Shown: positions 21,738 through 30,272 of the stretch, in pieces
Position numbering within the stretch: position 1 is the stretch's first letter
Layout: each line of letters begins with the position of its first letter
DNA from: Minisyncoccota bacterium
GTDB taxonomy: Bacteria; Patescibacteriota; Minisyncoccia; Phycocordibacterales; JAACPR01
Direction of reading: 5' to 3'
NCBI GenBank assembly: GCA_041674225.1
Contig: JBAYWG010000001.1
Coordinates: forward strand, 38,501 to 102,500
Length of the DNA stretch: 64,000 bases
Position numbers and translations under genes: made by a program
Notes under the pieces: generated by a model
Seen by the model: the letters and a program-made list of their open reading frames with translations, nothing else
Database searches by the model: none
What the model was told of the DNA's origin: nothing

Positions 21738-21746
21738 GAAAAAATA

Positions 21747-21780
21747 AAAGAAAAAAGAGCGGGACTTGAGGTCCCACTCT
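21747..21780. terminator. Hairpin plus U-tract terminator (copy A of a 34-bp repeat). It ends the minus-strand island operon and the plus-strand rnr gene.
   Basis: The stem is agagcgggac/gtcccactct. On the minus strand the hairpin is followed by TTTTTTCTTTTATTTTTT. Confidence 0.55.
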
Positions 21781-21815
21781 TTGTTAATATTCAAAGGTTC
21801 AATCCTAGGAAGAGT

Positions 21816-23435
21816 TTATTTCAACTCTTCCTCTATCTGACTAACCCACAACGATGGTTTGGAAGCATCCACTTTGACTGGCTTCGTTGTCGAAGAGTCT
21901 GTAACAAAAACCTCAATTGAAGATCCGGCTACAAAGCCTTCACCAACATTTGTCTTCGTTACAATGGTTGAAATCCAACAAAGCCTAGTCGTTCCGTTTA
22001 TCTTTCGAATATACGGCCTATGCTCAGCCACATCATTTGCACTCCAATCAACAGTGTTTGCCTTCTGTTTAATGAAGGTCGCTATTGACGACACGCCAGC
22101 AAGGTTTTCATTCCTTTCCGCGTGTTCATAGTAGTACAATTTTCCAACACCGTCAGCCGGAAAGAACACAGAGACGGACAATCCAGACTTATCACGACTT
22201 TCATCTTGATAAGGCTCCAATGCAAAGTAGTGATACAACTTCGACCTAGCATCCCCTTCGCCGAAGCTAAAGAATGTAGTGAAAGGTTGCTCATTTACAT
22301 CACCCGCTAGATCCGGAATGCGGATATCCCGGTAATGCGTTAGTGGGAAAGGAGCAAGGTATCCATAACGAAACCTGAAGCTGTTCGCAACGTGTCTCGA
22401 TACTTCGTACGGTACAAGATTCTGACCAGCAAGCCAGTCATAATTCTTGATATGCTCCGGACGAATCCAATCTCCTTCTCCAACAAACAATCTCTTAATG
22501 AATTTTAAAAATCCACCTTCTGATTGCTTGATGATTACAACCCCACCGAAATGAGGTCTTGGAAAAATAAATCCGTCCCACTTAGTCAACGTCACACACT
22601 GAACCATCTTTCCATCCGGTCCGGGGATGTACTTCATCGCACTGGGCTCATAGGAGAGAAACCTCCAGAAAGCAAAGCTCTGACGCGCCAAGTAAGACAC
22701 GTCTTTTGTGAAATACATCGTCTCACCTGAATCGAAGTTTACCTTGATCTGGTTTTCTCCACCGAACTCTAGCAACGAACTCTGCCCCGGAAGGCTAAAT
22801 ATCCTATCAACTTTTCCGAAGAATCGTTGATGTGGATAAGCTGGTTCTATGCCCACAGTCCAATGAGGATCACCATCACCCCACGAAACATAGTCCGGAA
22901 CTGGGGTGTGCAATGTATCAGCAATACGAGTATTAGTCGCAGTGTGAATCGAATTCAGTGGATGAATCCGCTCAAATCTCGTCTCTGGCAAAGCTTCCAA
23001 GGAAACTTTGTCCAAAGTTTTGAATTGAGCATACAGTGTGTGGTAATAGTGAGGCTTACTATTTGTTGCAATGACTGCAACTAAGCCTGCAATCACAATT
23101 CCACAGATGAGCAATGTTGGTATGTACCTACCTTTTTTAATTAGTAGGCGCATAACCAAGACAAGAATCACAAATCCCAATATTTCAGGGAGAAGAATTC
23201 TTACATTCACAACGAGAGGTTGAAAGTAGGGCTTGAAAACCCAGAATGTTGGCAAGCCAACGCTCAAGAGCACCAGGCTCTTAACTTTATTCCTCCACAT
23301 AACTGATGCGACCCACCGAAGCAAATGGAAAGGCACCCAAAGGATGCTTCCATATTCTTCCGATCGTCTTCTCCAACGACGACGAGGTTTTTCGACCTCA
23401 GCGTTGGTAGTTGCGGTAATTGTTTCTTCCATCAT
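21816..23435 (-). CDS. Hypothetical membrane-anchored protein (about three N-terminal TM helices plus a roughly 400-aa extracytoplasmic domain)
   Basis: The 539-aa ORF has hydrophobic segments between aa ~40 and 125 and shows higher GC and different codon usage than the neighbouring core genes. Its start overlaps the upstream gene's stop by 4 nt (ATGA). Confidence 0.5.
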   Translation of the reverse strand: MMEETITATTNAEVEKPRRRWRRRSEEYGSILWVPFHLLRWVASVMWRNKVKSLVLLSVGLPTFWVFKPYFQPLVVNVRILLPEILGFVILVLVMRLLIKKGRYIPTLLICGIVIAGLVAVIATNSKPHYYHTLYAQFKTLDKVSLEALPETRFERIHPLNSIHTATNTRIADTLHTPVPDYVSWGDGDPHWTVGIEPAYPHQRFFGKVDRIFSLPGQSSLLEFGGENQIKVNFDSGETMYFTKDVSYLARQSFAFWRFLSYEPSAMKYIPGPDGKMVQCVTLTKWDGFIFPRPHFGGVVIIKQSEGGFLKFIKRLFVGEGDWIRPEHIKNYDWLAGQNLVPYEVSRHVANSFRFRYGYLAPFPLTHYRDIRIPDLAGDVNEQPFTTFFSFGEGDARSKLYHYFALEPYQDESRDKSGLSVSVFFPADGVGKLYYYEHAERNENLAGVSSIATFIKQKANTVDWSANDVAEHRPYIRKINGTTRLCWISTIVTKTNVGEGFVAGSSIEVFVTDSSTTKPVKVDASKPSLWVSQIEEELK

Positions 23436-24079
23436 TTTCTGTTTGTGAATTTTTTGAGAATTTCCATGTCATCTTCTTCTGTGTTTTCGACGACAGGCTC
23501 TTTTTCTTGTTGAATTTGAGGTTCAGTTTCCTTTCCAAACCTTGATTTTCCAGTCACTTTTTTCACAAGTGAATTAGCAGCACCAATGACTTTATCAGTC
23601 ATTACATTTCTTGCTTCCTCAACATCTTGAAAAGCTTCTTTTGCGCCGAACATTAGCTCCTCTTGAAGCTCACCAGTTTTTACTGATTCATGAATCTCAT
23701 CGATCTTATCGATTGCCTTGTCACGACCTCTTTTGATCATGAAAGCAACCGGACCAAAGAGAATCCCCGCAAAAACTAGGATCGCATCCAAAATGGAACT
23801 GAATACCTCGACCACAGGATTTGTTCCCATAAACACCACCATAATGATGTTTGTGAGAGTCGAAATTAAAGCCGCCCAAGCGAACTTGACCGCCAGTTTT
23901 CGATTATAGAGAAACCCAAATTCCTCTTCTGGAGCGAGCTCATCTTTGTGAAAGAGATTGAATCTCTTTCTCTGAAATTTCACACCGTAGACTCTGTCAA
24001 CAATGTAACAGTTGAATCCGATGATGAAGTAAACGAGCAACGAGTAGATGATGTATGTTTTGATTGGAATGGTTTCCAT
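23432..24079 (-). CDS. Hypothetical membrane protein (2-3 TM helices) with an acidic C-terminal tail
   Basis: The 215-aa ORF has hydrophobic helices at aa ~8-30 and ~70-110 and is translationally coupled to the downstream gene. Confidence 0.5.
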   Translation of the reverse strand: METIPIKTYIIYSLLVYFIIGFNCYIVDRVYGVKFQRKRFNLFHKDELAPEEEFGFLYNRKLAVKFAWAALISTLTNIIMVVFMGTNPVVEVFSSILDAILVFAGILFGPVAFMIKRGRDKAIDKIDEIHESVKTGELQEELMFGAKEAFQDVEEARNVMTDKVIGAANSLVKKVTGKSRFGKETEPQIQQEKEPVVENTEEDDMEILKKFTNRK

Positions 24080-24096
24080 TTTCTATTTCCTTTCTC

Positions 24097-25374
24097 TTAG
24101 TTAGTCTTTTTTTGTGCCCTCTTCAGGCGGTTTTTTTCAACACATGCTATGGCGTGTTTTTTTCTTGTTTCACTCCACTGCAAGTATTGGTTGAAGAAGT
24201 ACGGCTTATTAAAGGCGTACGTCAATTCACACGGAGACCAAACCAAAGTGACCAAAAGACTCATCAATAAATTGTAGAGAATTGGATCTTCTTCTGATTT
24301 TACTACTGGTCTCAACAAACAAAGTTTCAATTCCTCAGGAATTTTCTCGACATCAATTTCTTCACCATCAACAATTTGATTGTAAAGTTTTTGTAGATCC
24401 CGATAAATCGAAGGAAGATCATCACTTAAAGTTTTTGCGTAAAAATCCTTCTTCGCATCTGTGATTGACGTGATATCAAAAGCTTCATTATTAGCCTCGT
24501 GACCACAAATCACATGTTCCAAGATAGTCTCACGAAGTCGAAGAAGAATTTGTGGCTTTTGTCTGAATACATCCAGACTGAATTCCAACAACCCTTCCTC
24601 TTTAAGTCGAACTAGGACTTCTTCTTTGTCATTAAGAAACATAACATCTCCACGGCCAATGTATTCGGCTTGCGGAGTTTCAAGAATCATTAATGATTTA
24701 GAATTTTTAAGGTTTCCACGAAAAATATAGACACCTCCAAAAGCTTTGATGTGGAAAGAAGAAACTTTCATGTAAGGAATATTCTCAATCACCAATGAAC
24801 GGTAACGAAGATCTCCAAACCCATTTCCACTCTCCTGCAGTTTTTGTCTCAAATCAGAATTCATCCAATTCAATCCTTGACGAATATCTTGGACGAGACA
24901 TCTTTGTGTACGTGCTGCATTCATCAGACTTCCAATCGTGTGAACTATCACGACAACACTGTTGATCATTAAAAGATCTTCCAGAGTCGTATATTGATCA
25001 AACCGTTGATCCATATCAATCCACATTGCAGTCTGAGAAGTCAGGTCTGCAATTTGTTGTGAAGCCGCTCCGAAAAAAGTCTGCATCAAATCCCGATCAA
25101 ACGAATGATGAGGATAATACACAGGTAGTCCTTTTTGCTCAGGTGTTACCACAATCGCATAAGGATTAGCATCACCATTTGAGAGATAATAATTATCTCC
25201 GAAGTCATCTGCTAATTCCGGAGACCAACCTCTACCATCAATGTGAATTTTTTCTCTTTCGGTAGGCTGTCTTCCGACTTCCATCAAACATTTGTTGTAT
25301 AGGCTGATCACGGCGGGACTTGAAATTTCAATTAATCCATTTCCAAACAATCCACTTTTTCTAAGTTGTTCCAT
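24097..25374 (-). CDS. Hypothetical soluble protein (425 aa)
   Basis: An uninterrupted ORF with no recognisable motif that lies 18 nt upstream of the two membrane protein genes on the same strand. Confidence 0.5.
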   Translation of the reverse strand: MEQLRKSGLFGNGLIEISSPAVISLYNKCLMEVGRQPTEREKIHIDGRGWSPELADDFGDNYYLSNGDANPYAIVVTPEQKGLPVYYPHHSFDRDLMQTFFGAASQQIADLTSQTAMWIDMDQRFDQYTTLEDLLMINSVVVIVHTIGSLMNAARTQRCLVQDIRQGLNWMNSDLRQKLQESGNGFGDLRYRSLVIENIPYMKVSSFHIKAFGGVYIFRGNLKNSKSLMILETPQAEYIGRGDVMFLNDKEEVLVRLKEEGLLEFSLDVFRQKPQILLRLRETILEHVICGHEANNEAFDITSITDAKKDFYAKTLSDDLPSIYRDLQKLYNQIVDGEEIDVEKIPEELKLCLLRPVVKSEEDPILYNLLMSLLVTLVWSPCELTYAFNKPYFFNQYLQWSETRKKHAIACVEKNRLKRAQKKTN

Positions 25375-25456
25375 TTTCTCTATTGTTTTTTGTTGTAAGT
25401 TATTGTCAAAGATTTCCGGCTGATTTTAACACGTTTTTAAAAAAAGTCAAAGAAAA

Positions 25457-25489
25457 AACGAGCTAAATCCCAGGGGGATTTAGCTCGTT
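25457..25489 (-). terminator. Intrinsic terminator after the AAA ATPase gene
   Basis: aacgagctaaatccc-aggg-ggatttagctcgtt forms a 12-bp perfect stem. On the minus strand it is followed by TTTTTTCTTTG. Confidence 0.55.
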
Positions 25490-25507
25490 AAAGAGCAAGC
25501 AAAAAAC

Positions 25508-27493
25508 TCAGTAGATAACATTTGGCGAAATGCCAAGATCTGCTGCACGTTTCTGCGCTGCAAGTCGATTAGAGCCTCTTTTCAGCATAGCCGAAATTTC
25601 ACGCTCATCCTCAACCGAACCAATACGGGCAGCATTAACCAGATACGTAATGGCTTCACGGTATATAACATCAGACAATTTCATGCCTTTGACATTATCA
25701 CTCATTAGACCACGCAGTACTTTCAACCTGTCCTCGAATGGTTTTTCAAAAAACAAAGAATGATCATCGAAGAACTCCTCTGGCATATCGAAATCCATCG
25801 CTCGAATATTGACCGCGCTTTGGATGTTTCGAAGGTCGCGAGAACTGAACATTGGTATCACCTTACGCACTTGCATATAGAGCTTTCCAAAAAATTCAGC
25901 TTCGCAAATTTCATGATCTTTCCGAATTTCTTCGAAAATTTCCAAAATCCTTGGATCAGCAATCTGAACTTCACCAGTCTCAATTTCATCCAGAGAAGCC
26001 AACTTGCGCTGACCGCTCATGAACTCGTAACGAGAGATTGGTTTGATGTCCACAAAATCAGGATTACTCTCAGCGAATTTACTCCACCAAAGATAATCTT
26101 GATCAACAAAGTCTTCGACAGACATTGCCCCATCGATAGGAAACTTACTTTGAACTCGCGACATAATCGCAGGATCAATAGTTTCTGGCAAATTGGTCAT
26201 CAAATCGATTGCCCAGTTACCATTGTTGATGGCATATGCACCTTCGGTGTAACGTAGAAATACTCCCATCAGGATTCTTTCACCCTCAGAAACATCATCT
26301 CCACTTCTATTCTTGAAGTAATTCTCTCCATCATCAATCGGACCGTAGATAACTTTGTCACTATCATGGAATCTTTGCATCCACTTTAGCATGTTGGTAG
26401 CACTTTCTCCTTGAAGGCCTGAGACAATGTTGTCCGGCATAGGATGAAATAGGAACGGAATACCACGTTTGTCACACAAGTCCTGCGCATAAGTTGCAGT
26501 AGCCGCAATGATCAAAGATTTTCCAGTTCCAGGATTACCATGACCTAAACAAATTGGAGTTAACCCTTTCATTACATGCCAAGGATTTTTCTTCAATTTG
26601 ACATCATAACAAGCCAATCTCATCGCTTTACGACGCGCAGCGTGTTTTGCGGCCACGTTTCCGACAATGTCGCCGAAATCCACTCGATTGAATTCACGTG
26701 ACACGACCACAACAACCGACTGCATCTCAAAACCATCAATAATAAACTCCTCATCCTCAAGCTTGTAGCTATTGTTTGTGAAGAAGTCCATATACTCCAT
26801 GGCTCCGAGCCTCTTGGACAATTCGTCCAAGACATTCTCGAAATACATCAGACTGAACTTGATAAAAGAAGTCGAATCGCGAACGATATTTCCCCTTTCA
26901 AGATACAGTCCGTAATAATACAGAATACAGTTGGTTGAAACAAAATTGTCAGTCAAATTTATTTCCGGAATCCCTCCGAAAGGCAAATCGATGACACTAG
27001 TTTTATCCGCCTTGTAACTACTCAACTTCCAACGAATGTAAGAAGCGGTAGCAAAAACTGAAGCGAATGTTCCCGTTTGTTTTTGAGAATTGAAAATTTT
27101 CATTTCACTCTCCAACAGCCGACTAGACGTATTCCGAAGAATAAGCTGATCAAGACCAGAAGCTTGGCAGTAGAGTTCGAAAACCCTCATACCAATCATG
27201 AATCCTGTACGAATACTATCCAAGACATAAACAGCGTCTACATCGAGAAGTGATTCGTCACCAAAGATTTTTGCGACAGAATCACGTATTTTCACAGAAT
27301 CTTTTCCCCCACCAAAATCAATCGACGAGGCTGGAAGCCATGTGCCGGGTTGAGCAGCGGTTGAAACCATTTTGTTGGCGGCATCCTTTTTGGGAGTCCA
27401 CTCAACAATCTTGAGCTTCGGATTGACTCGTTCCCTGTGTTCTTGATATTCCGATTTTTTTAGCGGAATGTGTGCTTTCGCGTTAGTTGACAT
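25508..27493 (-). CDS. AAA+ ATPase (classic AAA clade) with a roughly 300-aa uncharacterised N-terminal domain
   Basis: It has Walker A GHGNPGTGKS and an atypical Walker B region KVIYGPIDDGE. The second region of homology, MTNLPETIDPAIMSRV, matches the canonical ATNRPDxLDPALLR. Confidence 0.7.
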   Translation of the reverse strand: MSTNAKAHIPLKKSEYQEHRERVNPKLKIVEWTPKKDAANKMVSTAAQPGTWLPASSIDFGGGKDSVKIRDSVAKIFGDESLLDVDAVYVLDSIRTGFMIGMRVFELYCQASGLDQLILRNTSSRLLESEMKIFNSQKQTGTFASVFATASYIRWKLSSYKADKTSVIDLPFGGIPEINLTDNFVSTNCILYYYGLYLERGNIVRDSTSFIKFSLMYFENVLDELSKRLGAMEYMDFFTNNSYKLEDEEFIIDGFEMQSVVVVVSREFNRVDFGDIVGNVAAKHAARRKAMRLACYDVKLKKNPWHVMKGLTPICLGHGNPGTGKSLIIAATATYAQDLCDKRGIPFLFHPMPDNIVSGLQGESATNMLKWMQRFHDSDKVIYGPIDDGENYFKNRSGDDVSEGERILMGVFLRYTEGAYAINNGNWAIDLMTNLPETIDPAIMSRVQSKFPIDGAMSVEDFVDQDYLWWSKFAESNPDFVDIKPISRYEFMSGQRKLASLDEIETGEVQIADPRILEIFEEIRKDHEICEAEFFGKLYMQVRKVIPMFSSRDLRNIQSAVNIRAMDFDMPEEFFDDHSLFFEKPFEDRLKVLRGLMSDNVKGMKLSDVIYREAITYLVNAARIGSVEDEREISAMLKRGSNRLAAQKRAADLGISPNVIY

Positions 27494-28613
27494 TGAGTAC
27501 TCCTTTTTGTGTGTAGGTTATTGTTTGATGTTGTTTGTAAGGCGAAAAATATTCCGCCGTACGATTGATATTTTGCAGAACACGATGAGGAAGCATTAAT
27601 TTTCTCACAACACTCGTTGCTCGATTTTCATATGCAATCCGGTCATCATTTGGAATGAAGAAAACTTCACGAACTCTACCGCCCCTAGAAAACACTCCTG
27701 AGGTAACTTTACTACCCGTAGAAATTATTTTTTCCGAACGCAGTTCAAGAACGAAATCATTCTCGCCACCGTATTTCCTGAGTAATTCACAAAAATCAGC
27801 ACCACTTTCACTCACGCTTGTCAGCGGAGTAAACAGGGGTCCAATTTGAATCCTCTCCAAAAATTTTGGATGAATAGAATTTGAATGATCATCAATCTGA
27901 TGAATCAAAACTCCGATTTGCGGAACATGTTTACTTGAAAAGGAAACAGTATCCACAAATTGTTTCCAATCATCTCCACCATCCTCAAGGGGCTCACGGC
28001 TTGAATCCTGCTCAAATACCAAACTATGAAAGTAAGGCATATTGCAAATTTCTCCATAAACCGCCCAAGTAAAAATGTATCGACGATGTTCTTTGTCGTC
28101 GGAATCCAATCTTTCAAGACCTCCCATTGTAAAAGGTAGAAACATTCTACTCTCGTCCAAAAGATTCGCGTACTCACTTTTAGACAAATCTGAAAGAACT
28201 TCAGTTGTGTCAGCTCCTGTTGTAAGAAGCTTATCAACCAAAATATTTTTCAGCGTTTCCACACCTGCAACATTACGTGCAAGATCAACCTTTCGATTTA
28301 AATCATTTACAGTTTGGAAAATCGAAATTGCGTGTGGAAAACCAGATTCATTCAAATCCAGAGCCAATTCATGACTCGAATTAAAAGAATACTTGATCTT
28401 CAACAACACAATCGTGTAAAGCAGTCGATCAATCATGGGTTTTAAATCGCGCACAACATGATCCGTCGAGCTCCTCACACCTATCCACTCAAGAACTCGT
28501 CCAAGGACAACAGTCATGAGTATAAAGTATTTCGAGTATTCGTCTGGATTTTCGAGTTGCGCGAAATCTCCACACAATCTTTGTTCATCAATTGTTTTTA
28601 TTTCTCTATTCAA
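27483..28613 (-). CDS. Hypothetical protein (376 aa), translationally coupled to the AAA ATPase gene
   Basis: The ORF has no recognisable motif and overlaps the downstream AAA gene start by 11 nt. Confidence 0.5.
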   Translation of the reverse strand: MNREIKTIDEQRLCGDFAQLENPDEYSKYFILMTVVLGRVLEWIGVRSSTDHVVRDLKPMIDRLLYTIVLLKIKYSFNSSHELALDLNESGFPHAISIFQTVNDLNRKVDLARNVAGVETLKNILVDKLLTTGADTTEVLSDLSKSEYANLLDESRMFLPFTMGGLERLDSDDKEHRRYIFTWAVYGEICNMPYFHSLVFEQDSSREPLEDGGDDWKQFVDTVSFSSKHVPQIGVLIHQIDDHSNSIHPKFLERIQIGPLFTPLTSVSESGADFCELLRKYGGENDFVLELRSEKIISTGSKVTSGVFSRGGRVREVFFIPNDDRIAYENRATSVVRKLMLPHRVLQNINRTAEYFSPYKQHQTITYTQKGVLNVN

Positions 28614-28676
28614 TTTAACCTCCTTGTTTTATTGTTTTATTATTGTTATTTGATTTGAAAAATTTTTCACTAAAAA

Positions 28677-28706
28677 GGGGGCGCAGAGCGGATGCTCCAC
28701 ACCCCC
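28677..28706 (-). terminator. GC-rich hairpin plus T-rich tract downstream of the coiled-coil gene
   Basis: The structure is ggggg-cgca-gagc-ggat-gctc-caca-ccccc. On the minus strand it is followed by CTTTTTAGTGAAAAATTTTTC. Confidence 0.4.
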
Positions 28707-28759
28707 AGTTGAGATAAACCTGAAAGGTCTATTCAATCGTGAATTTACAGCATCAGTGG

Positions 28760-30118
28760 TTATACACCACCTTCGCCATATGACGTTTCAGAAGATGCAA
28801 AAGGATCGAGACCGTATTGGTCCTTGAAACTTAGCACCATTGCATTAATTAGGTCTCTCGTCCGAGCCGCATTTTGAGCGGAGACAATTTTAACCTCTTC
28901 CAGAGACTTACGACGGCCAGGCATCTGAGCCAGCATGTCTGTCATTGCAGCGTCAGCTGCGACAACCATACTAACCATTGCCTCACGGTTGTTTAGATCA
29001 ATCTGCGCTCCGACTTCATCAAGATTCTTCAAAGCCTCCTGATCACTCAGGAGTTTATGAGAGGCGAGCCGTGCCTTGAAGGTTACGGCTCGTTCTTCAC
29101 AGCCACTTTTCAGCTGGATGATGAAAGACTGCAGGTTGCCGACCAATCTCTGAATAGCTATCGTAATAAGGCGAAACTCTTCAGCGTATTCGGTTTTTGA
29201 ACTCGACAAGACAAATGCATTGTTTCTAGCAACGCGAGCCTCCTCAAGTTCTCTACCAATGTTGGCGATGACTTCTTCCTGTTCGGAATATTCAACGCTT
29301 CCTTTGGTGATATAACCGAGCTTGCTCTCTTCTTCCTGCATTTTGTGTTGGAGATCCGCAAGGATACCTTCACATTCAGTAAGGGCTTTTATAGCCATGT
29401 CTTTCGCCTTGAACACAGACTCCATCTGTTTCGTAGCCTCGACGAGCATCTCCTGTCCATTTGCACGCGATTGCTCGGTAATCTCAATAACTTGACGGGT
29501 ACGCGTAATGTAAGCGTCAAAAGAATCTTCCATTGAAGCTTCCTTAAGTCTTTGGCGCGCACGTCGTTTTGATTCAACCTTGGCTTCTTCGACTTGAGAC
29601 TTCGCATCTTCAATCTTGGGAACAAGGCTGGTGACAGCACGATCACGCATAAAGAACAGATTCGTCTTGTTTTTTGCAAGAATCATCTGCTCTTCAAGTT
29701 GTTTGAGATTGAACTCAGCTTCACTGACCAAAGCAATGTCTTCTGGGTTTTCTTTACCCAAAGAAGCATACCCTTCATTGATTTTTTGAAGAACGGTAGT
29801 CATCGCAAGCATTGCATCTGCAAGATCTTTCTCTTCTTGCGCAACGTTTGCACGTACACCGCCAAGTGTAGAGCTCAGAATCCTTTCCCTCATTTGGGTA
29901 AGTTCTTCTGGAGACATTCCTTTTTTGGTAGTAGCTTCGGAAATCTGTCTATCAGATTCCTGCATAATCTCGACGAGTTTTTGAGAACCCATCAAAATAC
30001 CACCCTCTTCACGTGCAGACACAACTTCCTCGACCCTTTCTTCGACTCGAGTGATGTTTTGTCGATCTTGACTGGATAATGCGTCAAAAACATTTATTGG
30101 TTTTCTTGTTTCTGTCAT
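28760..30118 (-). CDS. All-alpha coiled-coil protein (452 aa), tentatively TelA-like (toxic-anion-resistance family)
   Basis: It is highly charged with heptad-like E/K/Q/L/A content throughout. The N-terminal segment GILMGSQKLVEIMQESDRQIS resembles the conserved FGxxaQxxLxxFSDxxL motif recalled for TelA. It is a monocistronic unit with its own terminator. Confidence 0.4.
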   Translation of the reverse strand: MTETRKPINVFDALSSQDRQNITRVEERVEEVVSAREEGGILMGSQKLVEIMQESDRQISEATTKKGMSPEELTQMRERILSSTLGGVRANVAQEEKDLADAMLAMTTVLQKINEGYASLGKENPEDIALVSEAEFNLKQLEEQMILAKNKTNLFFMRDRAVTSLVPKIEDAKSQVEEAKVESKRRARQRLKEASMEDSFDAYITRTRQVIEITEQSRANGQEMLVEATKQMESVFKAKDMAIKALTECEGILADLQHKMQEEESKLGYITKGSVEYSEQEEVIANIGRELEEARVARNNAFVLSSSKTEYAEEFRLITIAIQRLVGNLQSFIIQLKSGCEERAVTFKARLASHKLLSDQEALKNLDEVGAQIDLNNREAMVSMVVAADAAMTDMLAQMPGRRKSLEEVKIVSAQNAARTRDLINAMVLSFKDQYGLDPFASSETSYGEGGV

Positions 30119-30219
30119 TTACTTCTTTTGTTTTTATTTTAACGAACCTCTCCGGGTAACATACCCCTCAATTCATTCAGCAAATTAGCATAATTTATCT
30201 ATAATGTCAACTATTTTAG

Positions 30220-30253
30220 AAAGAAAAAAGAGCGGGACTTGCAGTCCCGCTCT
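30220..30253. terminator. Hairpin plus U-tract terminator (copy B of the 34-bp repeat) downstream of the 154-aa gene
   Basis: aaagaaaaaagagcgggacttgcagtcccgctct differs from copy A at only 3 positions. On the minus strand the hairpin is followed by TTTTTTCTTTC. Confidence 0.55.
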
Positions 30254-30272
30254 CAATAGATTTTTGGTCGTT

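Noticed and set aside
28075-28374. 99-aa plus-strand ORF inside the island
   Set aside because: It is antisense to the 376-aa gene and has Ser/Arg-rich composition typical of a shadow ORF.
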